Source: Candidatus Dormiibacterota bacterium (GTDB lineage Bacteria > Chloroflexota > Dormibacteria > Aeolococcales > Aeolococcaceae). Taken from it: 64,000 nt of DNA. The notes beneath the pieces were generated by a model. The model saw nothing but the letters and a program-made list of their open reading frames with translations, ran no database searches and was not told the origin of the DNA. The position numbers and the translations under genes are program-made. The stretch spans positions 273,268-337,267 of the forward strand of contig CAVPXI010000006.1 of NCBI GenBank assembly GCA_963709585.1. The letters run 5' to 3'. Shown here piece by piece: positions 41,567 through 51,515 of this stretch. The stretch's first letter is position 1. Every line of letters starts with the position of its first letter.

Positions 41567-42757
41567 TCAAGCCGGCGCCTCCGCGCCGAGAATCCCAAGC
41601 AACCGCCCGAGCAGCTGCTGACCCTCGGTGCCCGGCGCGGCGCCCGCCGTGCCACTGGAAAGCTCGCGCGCGACGGCGTCGAGCTCGTCGAGCGCCCCGG
41701 GCGTGTCGAGGTCGTCGTCGAGGCGCTCGAAGAATCGCCGCTCGTGCCGCTCCGCCGCCTCGTGAGCGAGCGTGCCACCCGCCTGCATCGCGGCGAGATA
41801 GCGGCGATACCGCGCCGCCGCCACCTCGACCTCGCCGTCGTCATACGCCCATGACTGCCGGTAGTGGTGCGACGCCAGCAGCAGGCGCACCGCAGCGGGC
41901 GGCACTCGAGCCACCAGGTCGCGTACGAAGATGAGGTTGCCGAGCGACTTGCTCATCTTCCTGCCCTCGTGGTCGACCATCGCCACATGCGTCCAGTGCC
42001 TGACGTAGGGTGCGACCCCGGCGGCCTCGGCCTGGGCGATCTCCGATTCGTGGTGAGGGAAGATCAGATCGTCGCCACCGCCGTGGATGTCGATGGGGTG
42101 CCCGAGCGCGCCGGTCGACATCACGGTGCATTCGATGTGCCACCCGGGACGGCCCGCGCCCCACGGGCTGGGCCAGCTCGGCTCGCCCGGGGCCGACGAC
42201 TGCCAGAGCACGAAATCGAGCCGGTGCCGCTTGCGCGGGTCGTCGGGGTCGGCCCCTCGCTCGCGGCTGAGCTCGATCAGGGTCGCATGGTCGAGGCGGC
42301 TCAGCCGCCCGTAGTCGGGGTACGCGCCGAGTTCGAAGAAGACCCAGCCGTCGACGGCGTAGGCATACCCGCCGTTGACGAGCCGCGCGTTCCAGTCGAC
42401 CATCTCCTCGACGTGCTCGGTCGCGCGCGGCGCCACGTCGACCGGGAGGAGACCGATCGTCGCCATGTCGTCGTCGAAGATGCGCGCCTGGTCGGTGGCG
42501 AGCTCTCGGAAGTCGACGCCGCGCTGGCGGGCGACGCGCAGGATGTCGTCGTCGACGTCGGTGAGATTGCGCACGCTGCGCACCGCGATACCCGCGTCGC
42601 GGAAGCGTCGATTGAGCACGTCGAACACGTGGTAGACGAACGCGTGGCCGAGGTGCGCCGCGTCGTACGGTGTGATGCCGCACACGTAGATGCCGACCCG
42701 CCCGCCCCGCGGTTCGAAAGGCACCACCTCCTGGCGGGCGGTGTCGAACAGTTGCAT
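41567..42757 (-). CDS. mshC: MshC-like cysteine ligase (CysRS paralog lacking the anticodon-binding domain)
   Basis: CGITPYDAAHLGH and ERGADP (MshC-type), GRPGWHIEC, FPHHESE, KMSKS; 396 aa. Confidence 0.72.
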   Translation of the reverse strand: MQLFDTARQEVVPFEPRGGRVGIYVCGITPYDAAHLGHAFVYHVFDVLNRRFRDAGIAVRSVRNLTDVDDDILRVARQRGVDFRELATDQARIFDDDMATIGLLPVDVAPRATEHVEEMVDWNARLVNGGYAYAVDGWVFFELGAYPDYGRLSRLDHATLIELSRERGADPDDPRKRHRLDFVLWQSSAPGEPSWPSPWGAGRPGWHIECTVMSTGALGHPIDIHGGGDDLIFPHHESEIAQAEAAGVAPYVRHWTHVAMVDHEGRKMSKSLGNLIFVRDLVARVPPAAVRLLLASHHYRQSWAYDDGEVEVAAARYRRYLAAMQAGGTLAHEAAERHERRFFERLDDDLDTPGALDELDAVARELSSGTAGAAPGTEGQQLLGRLLGILGAEAPA

Positions 42758-42768
42758 GCGGCCCGATT

Positions 42769-43245
42769 CTACGGCGCGCTCGAGAGCGTCCCTCGTGGTG
42801 GTTCGCCCTCGAGCAGGCTCCGTGCCGCGTCGAGGACCGAGACGCTGTTCTTGAAGCTCAGCCGCGCCTTCGCCTCGTCGAAGCCGAGCCAGGCGGCTTC
42901 GGCGATCTCGGCCGGATCGGGATGCAGCGCCGTGCCTTCCGGGACCTCGACGACGAAGTGATGGACGCGCTTGAAGACCAGGGCACCGTGGTTGCGGCGG
43001 CGGTACACGTACTCGGACGGCGGCAGCGGGGCCCGGAGCACGAGCGATTCGAGCGCGATACCGGTCTCCTCGGCGATCTCGCGCAGCGCTGCAGCCTCGG
43101 GGGTTTCGCCGGCCTCGATGTGGCCCTTGGGGAAACCCCAGTGCCGCCCATCGCTGACCACGCAGACCTCATACCGCTCCGCGGCTCGCCGCACCACCAC
43201 GCCTCCCGACGAGATCTCGTTGGGGCGCATGGGCCGGCGGGGCAT
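42769..43245 (-). CDS. NUDIX hydrolase (Ap4A hydrolase-like)
   Basis: WGFPKGHIEAGETPEAAALREIAEETG. Confidence 0.9.
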   Translation of the reverse strand: MPRRPMRPNEISSGGVVVRRAAERYEVCVVSDGRHWGFPKGHIEAGETPEAAALREIAEETGIALESLVLRAPLPPSEYVYRRRNHGALVFKRVHHFVVEVPEGTALHPDPAEIAEAAWLGFDEAKARLSFKNSVSVLDAARSLLEGEPPRGTLSSAP

Positions 43246-43334
43246 GGTTGCACCGTACTCCGGTCCGCCCGGAGCGAGGACGTGCACGTTGGTCCGGTTC
43301 GCTGCGAGCCCGATTGCTATCATCGGGTGCTTCC

Positions 43335-43413
43335 GGCCCCGTGGTGTAGCCTGGTTTAACACGCCACCCTGTCAAGGTGGAGATCGTCGGTTCAAATCCG
43401 ATCGGGGTCGCCA
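43335..43413 (+). tRNA. tRNA-Asp(GTC)
   Basis: Acceptor GGCCCCG/CGGGGTC, anticodon arm CCACC-CTGTCAA-GGTGG, T-loop GTTCAAATC, discriminator G and encoded CCA. Confidence 0.96.
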
Positions 43414-43450
43414 CGCGCGTGCGTGGGCGCGGTCAGCGCTGACCCGAAAG

Positions 43451-43498
43451 CGGGGGATTCCCCCCCCATAAACAGGGGGCTCACGGGGGATTCCCCGT
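43451..43498. repeat. Two copies of near-palindromic CGGGGGATTCCCC, 33 nt apart
   Basis: At 43451-43463 and 43484-43496 between convergent tRNA-Asp and ppk2. Confidence 0.6.
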
Positions 43499-43501
43499 GT
43501 G

Positions 43502-44305
43502 TCAGGTAATCTTGATGCCGGCGAGATCGGGCGGCTCCGGGTACTTCGGATCCATCTCGGTGAGCGTCTCGATGAGCAGCCGGCTCACCGCCCAGTTGCG
43601 GTACCACTTGTGGTCCGACGGGATCACGTACCATGGCGCGTCCTTGGTCGATGTGCGCGCGATCGCCTCCGAGTATGCCGCCTGATATTCCTTCCACAGC
43701 GCGCGATCCTCGAGGTCGCCACGCTGGAACTTCCAGCGTTTCTGTGGATCTCTGAGACGTTCCTCGAGACGGCGACGCTGCTCGTCCTTGGAGATGAGCA
43801 GGCAGCATTTGATGATCGTCATGCCACCCTGATGCAGCAACGACTCGAAGGCCGTGATGTCGTCGTAGCGCAGCTTCCACACCGATTTGGGGACGAGCTT
43901 GCGCACGCGCGCCACCAGCACATCCTCGTAGTGGGATCGGTTGAAGATACCGATCTCTCCGGCGCGTGGCATCGCCAGGTGCACGCGCCAGAGAAAGTCG
44001 TGCGCGAGCTCTTCGGCGGTTGGCGGCTTGAACGAGGTGACGCGCGTCCCCTGCGGGTTCACGCCTTCGAAAACGTGAGCGATCGTGCCGTCTTTCCCCG
44101 AGGCATCGGTGCCCTGCAGGACCAGCAGCAGGGAACGCGTGTGCTCCGCCCACATACGCGTCTGCAATTCGATGAGCGCTGCCTGATCACCGCGCAGCGC
44201 CTCGTCCGCGGCCGTGCGTCCCCCCTTCAGGGCTCCGGTATCCCCTGGATCGATGGTCGCGATATTGACTTTTGACCCGGGCTTGACGGACCACACTTCG
44301 CGCAT
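43502..44305 (-). CDS. ppk2: Polyphosphate kinase 2 family protein
   Basis: QGTDASGKDG, FKPPT.EE..HDFLWR, FNRSHYE, WKF...D, PWYVIPSDHKWYRN. Confidence 0.93.
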   Translation of the reverse strand: MREVWSVKPGSKVNIATIDPGDTGALKGGRTAADEALRGDQAALIELQTRMWAEHTRSLLLVLQGTDASGKDGTIAHVFEGVNPQGTRVTSFKPPTAEELAHDFLWRVHLAMPRAGEIGIFNRSHYEDVLVARVRKLVPKSVWKLRYDDITAFESLLHQGGMTIIKCCLLISKDEQRRRLEERLRDPQKRWKFQRGDLEDRALWKEYQAAYSEAIARTSTKDAPWYVIPSDHKWYRNWAVSRLLIETLTEMDPKYPEPPDLAGIKIT

Positions 44306-44332
44306 CGCTCTGGAACTCTAGTCCGCCGCGGG

Positions 44333-45193
44333 TCAGGTGAGGTGCGACCCTAGCCAGCCGGTCAGGTCGCTGAGGACGTGGTCGCGCTCGGGTTCGTTGA
44401 AGATCTCGTGCCAGAGGCCGTCGTACATCTTCAGCGTCTTGTCGATGGACCCCGCACGGTCGTAGACGTGGGGTCCGCACCCCGGATCGACGATACCGTC
44501 GGCGGTGCCCTGCATCACCAGCAGCGGGACGCGCAGCGACGGCAGTCCGGCGTCGACCTGATCCATGGCGACGAGCATCTCCGCACCGAGCCGCGCGCGG
44601 ATCGGCGTTCGAAAGACCAGCGGATCGTTGTTGTACGCGTCCACCACCGCCGGGTCGCGGCTGATCCGGTTGAGTGGGACGCGCAGGACGCCGGTGTTCG
44701 GGGCGATGCGCGACAGCGCGTGGCCGACGATGAGGGTGAGCTTCGAGAGGTCGCGCGGGCACGCCGCTGGTGCGGAGAGCACGAGACCGTCGATCGGAGC
44801 GCCCGGGCGCACCGCGAGATCGAGGGCGATCAGCCCGCCCATGCTGTGTCCGAGCAGGACGAGACGCAGCGAGGGCCAGCGCGCGCGTGCCTGCGCGATC
44901 ACCGTCGTCAGATCGTCGACATAGTCGTCGAAACGCACGACGCTGGTCCGCTTGCCCTCACTGAGCCCGTGGCCTCGATGGTCGGCGACCCGCACGGCAA
45001 GGCCTTGGTCCACAAGCCGCTCGGCCACCGCAGCGTATCTGCCGCCGTGCTCGGCGAACCCGTGCGCGACGACGACGACGCCGGTGGGCGCGCCGGCGGG
45101 CAGCCATGTCCTCACATGGATCTGGACGCCGCGAACTCCGACGAAGGTGTCCTCCTCAGCCCGCATGCCCGCGCTCCCTTCGGTCACTTGCAC
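44333..45193 (-). CDS. Alpha/beta hydrolase (monoacylglycerol lipase/lysophospholipase)
   Basis: HGFAEHGGRY, DHRGHG.S.G, GHSMGG, HEIFNEP. Confidence 0.92.
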   Translation of the reverse strand: MQVTEGSAGMRAEEDTFVGVRGVQIHVRTWLPAGAPTGVVVVAHGFAEHGGRYAAVAERLVDQGLAVRVADHRGHGLSEGKRTSVVRFDDYVDDLTTVIAQARARWPSLRLVLLGHSMGGLIALDLAVRPGAPIDGLVLSAPAACPRDLSKLTLIVGHALSRIAPNTGVLRVPLNRISRDPAVVDAYNNDPLVFRTPIRARLGAEMLVAMDQVDAGLPSLRVPLLVMQGTADGIVDPGCGPHVYDRAGSIDKTLKMYDGLWHEIFNEPERDHVLSDLTGWLGSHLT

Positions 45194-45265
45194 CGCACGA
45201 GCCTAGCCAATCCGGACCGCTCTCAACAAGCCACAAAGGCGCGTAGTGGCGCTGATACACTGCCG

Positions 45266-46303
45266 ATGAGGAGATTGCCGCATTCCGTGGACAACGCGAC
45301 CAACGTACTCGAAATCGATGGTTTGAAGACCTACATCCGGTTGTCCCGGACGACGGTCCGCGCAGTGGACGGCATCTCCATGCACATCGCCCCCGGAGAG
45401 ATATTGGGGCTGGTGGGCGAATCCGGAAGCGGCAAGAGCATCACCGGGATGTCGATCATGAAGCTGCTCCCGTCCGGGGGCAGCATTGTGGAAGGGAGCA
45501 TCAAGCTCAACGGGCGCAACGTCGTGCCCCTCGACGAGAAGGCGATGCGCGACATCCGCGGCAATGAGGTCGCGGTCATCTTCCAGGACCCCATGACGTC
45601 GCTGAACCCGACGATGACGATCGGCGACCAGATCGGCGAGGCGCTCCACATCCATCGGGACATCAACGACGACGAGACCCGCGAGCGCTGCACCGAAGTC
45701 CTCGGCCTGGTCGGGATGCCTCGCCCCAAAGAGCGCCTCCATGACTACCCGCACCAGCTGTCCGGAGGTCTGCGCCAGCGCGTGATGATCGCGATGGCAT
45801 TGGTCTGCGACCCCAAGCTGCTCATCGCCGACGAGCCGACCACCGCGCTCGATGTCACCATCCAGGCGCAGATCCTCGACCTCCTGGACGATCTTCGCCG
45901 TCGTCTGCACATGGCGGTGCTGCTGATCACGCACGACATGGGTGTGATCGCCGGCCGCGCGGACCGGGTCGCGGTCATGTACGCGGGCAAGATCGTCGAG
46001 TCGGCGGAGACGCGGAGGTTGTTCAAAGGCATGCGCCATCGGTACACCGAGGCGCTCGTCGAGGCGATCCCGAGGCTGGACCAAGATGCCGCCACCGGGC
46101 TGTACAGCATCCCCGGTCTGCCGCCGGACCTGACCGCGCCTCCACCGGCGTGCCGCTTCGCCGCGCGCTGCAGGTACGACACCGCAATATGCCACGCTGA
46201 GGAACCGTTGCTCGTCGAGCACGAGACTGGTCATTACTACGCGTGCCATCACCCCGCCGGGGTCGACAGTCCGGTCGTCTCGGAGACCGTCCCGGTCGGA
46301 TGA
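45266..46303 (+). CDS. Peptide ABC transporter ATP-binding subunit (OppD/DppD-like)
   Basis: [36 protein letters not shown]-terminal Cys cluster; start may be GTG 45287. Confidence 0.93.
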   Translation: MRRLPHSVDNATNVLEIDGLKTYIRLSRTTVRAVDGISMHIAPGEILGLVGESGSGKSITGMSIMKLLPSGGSIVEGSIKLNGRNVVPLDEKAMRDIRGNEVAVIFQDPMTSLNPTMTIGDQIGEALHIHRDINDDETRERCTEVLGLVGMPRPKERLHDYPHQLSGGLRQRVMIAMALVCDPKLLIADEPTTALDVTIQAQILDLLDDLRRRLHMAVLLITHDMGVIAGRADRVAVMYAGKIVESAETRRLFKGMRHRYTEALVEAIPRLDQDAATGLYSIPGLPPDLTAPPPACRFAARCRYDTAICHAEEPLLVEHETGHYYACHHPAGVDSPVVSETVPVG

Positions 46304-47349
46304 CGGTCACGCCGGCGACTCCGACCGCGACACCGGTCGCGTCCAATGGCAGCAAGCCATTTCTCGTGGTGAAGAACCTCGTCAAGGAGTTTCCGGTCAC
46401 CAAGGGGGCAGTCCTGCAGCGGCGAGTCGGCGCGGTGCATGCGGTCTCCGACGTCTCCTTCGAAGTGCTCCCCGGCGAGACCTTCGGACTCGTCGGCGAG
46501 TCGGGATGTGGCAAGACGACCACGGGGCGAATGATCGTCGCCCTCGAGCCGCCGACCTCGGGCTCGATCGTCATCAACGGCGAGGACATCGCCCACATGG
46601 GAAGGGGGAAGCTCCGCACCAAGCGCCGGGACATGCAGATGATGTTCCAGGACCCCTATGCATCGCTGGACCCGCGCATGCGCGTGGTCACCATCCTGCG
46701 CGAGCCGCTCGCGATCCAGGGCATCGGCAAGAAGTCGCAGCAGATCGAGCGTTGCGCCGAGCTGCTCAACGACGTCGGCCTCGCGCGCGGTGCGCTCGAC
46801 CGGTATCCGCACGAGTTCAGCGGCGGTCAGCGGCAGCGCATCGGTCTGGCAAGAGCGCTTGCGCTCAATCCCAGTCTCATCGTCGCGGACGAGCCGGTGT
46901 CGGCACTTGACGTCTCCATCCGCTCGCAGATTCTCAACATGATGAACGCCCTGCAGGAGAAGTACGGGCTGACCTACGTGATCATCTCCCACGATCTGTC
47001 GATCGTGAAGTACATGTCCGATCGAATCGGCGTCATGTATCTCGGCAAGCTGGTCGAGATCGGCAGCGGCGCCGAGCTGTACTCGCTGCCCGCGCACCCA
47101 TACACGAAAGGTCTGGTCAGCGCGATCCCGATCCCCGACCCCGACGTCGAACGTGGCAAGGACATGGACGCACCCAAAGGCGAGATCCCATCAGCGATCA
47201 ACCCGCCTTCGGGCTGCCGCTTCCGCACCCGATGCCCCTACGCGCAGCAGCTGTGCGCCGAACAGGAACCCCCACTCCGAGCCTTCGGCGAGCACCACCA
47301 AGCCGCCTGCCACTTCCCGCTCAGGCCACCGCTGGAGACCGCGGCCTAA
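46300..47349 (+). CDS. Peptide ABC transporter ATP-binding subunit (OppF/DppF-like)
   Basis: GESGCGKT, FQDPYASL, FSGGQRQR, DEPVSALD, PPSGCRFRTRC. Confidence 0.94.
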   Translation: MTVTPATPTATPVASNGSKPFLVVKNLVKEFPVTKGAVLQRRVGAVHAVSDVSFEVLPGETFGLVGESGCGKTTTGRMIVALEPPTSGSIVINGEDIAHMGRGKLRTKRRDMQMMFQDPYASLDPRMRVVTILREPLAIQGIGKKSQQIERCAELLNDVGLARGALDRYPHEFSGGQRQRIGLARALALNPSLIVADEPVSALDVSIRSQILNMMNALQEKYGLTYVIISHDLSIVKYMSDRIGVMYLGKLVEIGSGAELYSLPAHPYTKGLVSAIPIPDPDVERGKDMDAPKGEIPSAINPPSGCRFRTRCPYAQQLCAEQEPPLRAFGEHHQAACHFPLRPPLETAA

Positions 47350-47609
47350 GCAAGAACTGTCACCGCGAGAGTTGCGCTGACGGCTTTCGCCACGACGCTG
47401 GTGACCACTTTCGGCGGGCGCCGTCCGGGTGGCGGCTTGGGGGGCAGCGCCACCGCAGGGTCGGGCGCCGAGGACGCGTCGCCCCCCAACCACAACCAAC
47501 TCACCACAGGCGACCCGACCCGGAGCGTGACGAGGGGACCCCAAGCCGACAGGACCCGGACGAGAGTGCGGCACCTACGAGCGCGCCGAAGCGTCACGAC
47601 GAGCCGAGG

Positions 47610-48560
47610 TCAGCGCTTCTGGAGCCGCACCTCGAGCGCATCCCGAAGCGCATCCCCGATGAAGTTAAAGGCAACCACCGTCAGGACAATCGCAATGCCT
47701 GCGGGGTAGATCAACCACCACCAACCGTTGGCGATGTAGGTCGTGCCATCGGAGAGCATCGCGCCCCAGTTGGTGGCCGGCGGCGCGATGCCGAGGCCGA
47801 GGAAGTTGATCGCCGCAACCAGCAGGATGGCGTCGGCAACCTGGAACGTGGCGTTGACCATGATCGTCCCGATGGAGTTGGGAATGATGTGGCGGAGGAC
47901 GATCCGGAAGCCGCCACCGCCCATCATGGTGACCGCCTGAACGTACTCGCGGGTACGCAGCGTGAGCGCCTCGGCTCGCACCAGGCGTGCCGGGATGAGC
48001 CACGCGGTGACCGCGACCACGAGGATCAAAGTGAAGACGTTGCGCGGGAACGCCACTGCCAGGAACAGGAGGAGGAACAGCGCGGGGATCGCGAGCATGA
48101 TGTCGACGAAGCGCATGAGCAGGTTGTCCACCCAGCCGCCGAAGAACCCCGCAACCGCCCCCCAGAGGACGCCGAACACCGTGGCGATGAGGGCTGCGGC
48201 GATCCCGATCTCGAGTGAGGTCTGACCGCCGATCATCAACCGCCCGATGATGTCGAAGCCGAGTTGGTCGGTACCGAGCAAGTGCGTCCGCGACGGAGCC
48301 AGGAATTCGTTTACGAGGTTCGTGTCCACCTGGTTCGTGTGGTAGATGAGCGGCCCCACGAAACAGAACAGGACCATGAACACCACGATGCCGACGCCGA
48401 CCACGGCGAGCCGGTTCTCCACGAAAACGTTGAACGCGAGCCGCCACACGCCCTGAGCCTCGAAAGCCGGGACGATGTCCTGGACTTCCGCCGGTTTCTC
48501 CTGGGTAGATCCGCCAGGGACAGGAAAAGCGATGGATTGCGGTTGATCCAACGTGCTCAT
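47610..48560 (-). CDS. Peptide ABC transporter permease (OppC-like)
   Basis: HLLGTDQLG, REYVQA, FLGLG..P...WG, GDALRDAL. Confidence 0.93.
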   Translation of the reverse strand: MSTLDQPQSIAFPVPGGSTQEKPAEVQDIVPAFEAQGVWRLAFNVFVENRLAVVGVGIVVFMVLFCFVGPLIYHTNQVDTNLVNEFLAPSRTHLLGTDQLGFDIIGRLMIGGQTSLEIGIAAALIATVFGVLWGAVAGFFGGWVDNLLMRFVDIMLAIPALFLLLFLAVAFPRNVFTLILVVAVTAWLIPARLVRAEALTLRTREYVQAVTMMGGGGFRIVLRHIIPNSIGTIMVNATFQVADAILLVAAINFLGLGIAPPATNWGAMLSDGTTYIANGWWWLIYPAGIAIVLTVVAFNFIGDALRDALEVRLQKR

Positions 48561-49513
48561 GCTCGGTGATACCTCACGCGCGGGTCGGCGATCGCGTACA
48601 GGACATCGGCCATCAGCGAACCGAGGACGGTCGCGAAGCCGGTCACGACGATCACGCCGAGGATGATCGGATAGTCGGTCTGCAGCGTCGCGTTCCAGAA
48701 GATGTAGCCGACCCCCGGGTAGTTGAAGAGCGCTTCGGTGATCAGCGCACCGCTGAAGACGTAGCCCACCGAGAGCCCGATCAGGGTGAGGATCGGGATC
48801 ATCGCGTTGCGCAGCACGTGCACGAACAGCACCCTCGAGTTCGAAGCGCCCTTCGCCCGCGCGGTCCGCGTGTAGTCCTGCACCATGTTCTCCAGCGTCG
48901 ACGACCGCATGTAGCGGCTGAATGACGCGATGGTCACCAGGGACAGCGTCGCGACCGGCAGGACGAGCGAGCTCAACTGGTTGAGGTCATCGGTGACGTA
49001 GGCGCCCTGGGGTCCCTCTGCCGGAAACCAGTGGAGGATGAAACTGAACAGGACGATGAGAATGATGCCGAGCCAGAACACCGGCATCGAGTAGAGGACG
49101 AACGACGCACCGGTGAAGACGTAGTCGTCCACCTTGTTGCGCCGCACGGCCTGGTAGATCCCGAGCGGAATCGCGATGACAATCGCAACGACGTACGCCA
49201 GGCCGAGCAACAGCAGCGTCTTGGGGAGATACTGGAGCAGGATCGACGCGACGGTCTGGTTGAGCTTGTACGAGAACCCGAAGTTCCCATGCAACAGCTG
49301 CCAGAGGTAGGTGAGGTACTGCAGCGGTAGCGGCTGGTCGAGGCCGTTGTCGTGGTTGAACTGGGCGATTTGAGCGGCGTTGGCTCGGGGGCCGAGGACG
49401 TTCCGGGCGACGCTGCCCCCTGGGATGAGGTGCAGCATGATGAAGACGATCAGCGTTACCCCGATCGTGATCAGGATCGCCTGCAGTACCCGCCGGATGA
49501 TGTAGCCGAGCAT
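48557..49513 (-). CDS. Peptide ABC transporter permease (OppB-like)
   Basis: YIIRR, GLDQPL..QY, DYTRTARAKG, HVLRNA, YAIADPR. Confidence 0.93.
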   Translation of the reverse strand: MLGYIIRRVLQAILITIGVTLIVFIMLHLIPGGSVARNVLGPRANAAQIAQFNHDNGLDQPLPLQYLTYLWQLLHGNFGFSYKLNQTVASILLQYLPKTLLLLGLAYVVAIVIAIPLGIYQAVRRNKVDDYVFTGASFVLYSMPVFWLGIILIVLFSFILHWFPAEGPQGAYVTDDLNQLSSLVLPVATLSLVTIASFSRYMRSSTLENMVQDYTRTARAKGASNSRVLFVHVLRNAMIPILTLIGLSVGYVFSGALITEALFNYPGVGYIFWNATLQTDYPIILGVIVVTGFATVLGSLMADVLYAIADPRVRYHRA

Positions 49514-49562
49514 GTGCTCCTACCTCGCCCTGACGCCCATTGCATGAAAGAGTAGCGGAACG

Positions 49563-49599
49563 GACGGGGGGACGCCGGCCGGAGCCGGCATCCCCCGTC
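49563..49599 (-). terminator. GC-rich hairpin between substrate-binding and permease genes
   Basis: GACGGGGGATGCCGGC / GCCGGCGTCCCCCCGTC stem downstream of the substrate-binding gene stop. Confidence 0.65.
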
Positions 49600-49631
49600 G
49601 AGGCCGTAAAAGTTGGCTTAGAGGGCCTGGC

Positions 49632-51470
49632 TCAGGACCAGCGCCAGTTCTCCGGGTAGATCTGGAGGAGCGGGTCCAGCGGCTGGGTGCCCTTCAGATT
49701 CTTGTTGATCATGTTCAACTGCGCGTAGTTGACCGGCATCCAGATGACCGGAAGCTGCTTCGCGAGGTAGTCCTCGTAGGTGTACATCGCCTGCACGTTG
49801 CTGCTTGTTTCAGTCGCGAGGATGTCGGCCTGGGCCTGCGGGTCGCAGTAGCCGCCGAAGTCCGAGCCCGCGTACTGCACGTTGGCGCCGGTTCCGGTGC
49901 ACGACCAGAGCTCATCGCCGGTCGGCTCGTAGTCGGGCGCGTAGATCCAGCCACCGCCCCAGAACTCCATGTCCCAGGTGTGGTCCGTCGGCGTCGCGTT
50001 GCCGATGACGGTGTTGAAGGGTGCGGTCTGAAGGTCGATCGCGATCCCGGCAAGACCGTAGTCCGTCTTGAACTGCGCCATCTCCTGGTCCAGAGACGAT
50101 GACCCACTTTCGTACTGGAGCTTGAACTCGGCCTTGGCGCCCTTGGGGATGCCGGCACCGCACTGGCCGGTGCCGGTGCCCGCGCTGGTGCACACGCTCA
50201 CCCCGCCGGCGTTGACGGTCCACCCGTTCGCCTGGAGCAGCGACACAGCCTTGGTCGGGCTGTACGGGTACGGATTACTCCGCTCGAACGCGTCCACGAA
50301 GTTCGAGGACGGCTTGGTCGGCACCGGACCGTAGGTCGGGTAGCCGTAGCCGAAGAACGCCTTGCTGATGAAGGTGTTCTGGTCGACCAGGTCCTGCATC
50401 GCCTGCCGGAAGTACAGCTGGCTGAAGATCGGACCGCTGGTCGGGTTGGTGAAGTTCTCCGGGAAGTAGGTGATCTGCCAGCCCGCCCATGTCGAGAAGT
50501 TGTAGATGTTGGCAAGCGAGGCTTTCTGCAACGAGTCAGCGTCCGGGATGTAGCCCCAGTCGATCGTGGTGTTGGTGACCGACGTTGCTGACTTGAGCTG
50601 GTCGAACTCGGCGGTGTCCTTGGTGAACGGAACCTCCTTGAACAGCTTGAGGGTCGGCTTGACCGGTCCGCTGTAGCCGGGGTTGGGCACCATCGAGATG
50701 TTGCCTGCGGTGTCCATCGAGAGCAGCTTCCACGGACCCGAGACCACCTGCCAGAGCGGGTTGGTGTCATACGTCGCGATCGACTTCGACTGCGCGTCGA
50801 GGAACTTGTAAACCGCCTGCGCACCGGCCGGGGTCTGGTCGTAATTGCCGACCGCGCCGGTTGCCAACTCCTTGTCCCAGAGGTGCTGGGGGAGCGGGGT
50901 GATCTGGCTCAGCTCGTTGTAGGTGAAGAAGTACGAGCCGTACGCCTGGGTGAGGTTGAAGGTGATCTGCAGCGGGTTGGTCGGGCTGATCGTCGTGCTG
51001 GTCACGTTGTCGGGATACTCGCCCGGCGAGAAGCCCGCCCAGTTGGTCTTGTTTGCGGTGACCATGTTCTGCCAGAACTGAACGTCACGCGCGGTGATCT
51101 GGGTGCCGTCCGACCACTTCCAACCCTTGAGGGTGATGGTCACCGATTTCCCGTCCGAGGAGTAGACGGGCGTATCAGCGAGGCTGAGGCTTGTGTTCAA
51201 CTGGACCTGGCCGTTGGTGCCGAACCAGTAGAGCGGCCGGTACATCAGGAACTGGAACTGGCTGAGGTTGGCGACGCTGAAGTACGCCAGCGACGCGAGC
51301 GGGAAGATGTAGTTCGGTTGGGCACCCTGACCCTCAGCGAACGTCGCCTCGGTCTTGGTCACCGCGGGGCCTGTGGTGGCGGTGCTGGTGCTCCCGCACG
51401 CGGCGAGAACGATCGCCCCCAGACCGATGACGGCGGGCACCGACTTGGCCCGCCAACTCCGAAAGGTCAT
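49632..51470 (-). CDS. Peptide ABC transporter substrate-binding lipoprotein (family 5)
   Basis: Lipobox LAAC, LK.WKWSDG..ITARDV.F, SGPWK, FRQA, A..LL..NGW; SD AAGGAGG. Confidence 0.9.
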   Translation of the reverse strand: MTFRSWRAKSVPAVIGLGAIVLAACGSTSTATTGPAVTKTEATFAEGQGAQPNYIFPLASLAYFSVANLSQFQFLMYRPLYWFGTNGQVQLNTSLSLADTPVYSSDGKSVTITLKGWKWSDGTQITARDVQFWQNMVTANKTNWAGFSPGEYPDNVTSTTISPTNPLQITFNLTQAYGSYFFTYNELSQITPLPQHLWDKELATGAVGNYDQTPAGAQAVYKFLDAQSKSIATYDTNPLWQVVSGPWKLLSMDTAGNISMVPNPGYSGPVKPTLKLFKEVPFTKDTAEFDQLKSATSVTNTTIDWGYIPDADSLQKASLANIYNFSTWAGWQITYFPENFTNPTSGPIFSQLYFRQAMQDLVDQNTFISKAFFGYGYPTYGPVPTKPSSNFVDAFERSNPYPYSPTKAVSLLQANGWTVNAGGVSVCTSAGTGTGQCGAGIPKGAKAEFKLQYESGSSSLDQEMAQFKTDYGLAGIAIDLQTAPFNTVIGNATPTDHTWDMEFWGGGWIYAPDYEPTGDELWSCTGTGANVQYAGSDFGGYCDPQAQADILATETSSNVQAMYTYEDYLAKQLPVIWMPVNYAQLNMINKNLKGTQPLDPLLQIYPENWRWS

Positions 51471-51483
51471 GTAACGCCTCCTT

Positions 51484-51515
51484 GTGACGGCGAATGTCCG
51501 TGACGGCGAATGTCC
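51484..51515. repeat. Perfect 16-bp tandem repeat GTGACGGCGAATGTCC x2
   Basis: 51484-51499 and 51500-51515, immediately 5' of the SD of the substrate-binding gene. Confidence 0.85.

Noticed and set aside
41567-42757. Housekeeping cysS
   Set aside because: Too short, lacks the anticodon-binding domain, and has MshC-type motifs
43335-43500. Integrated element at tRNA-Asp
   Set aside because: No integrase and no duplicated tRNA 3' end seen in the window
47346-47597. 83-aa ORF downstream of the OppC-like gene
   Set aside because: No SD, atypical codon usage, no recognisable family; better explained as structured non-coding DNA
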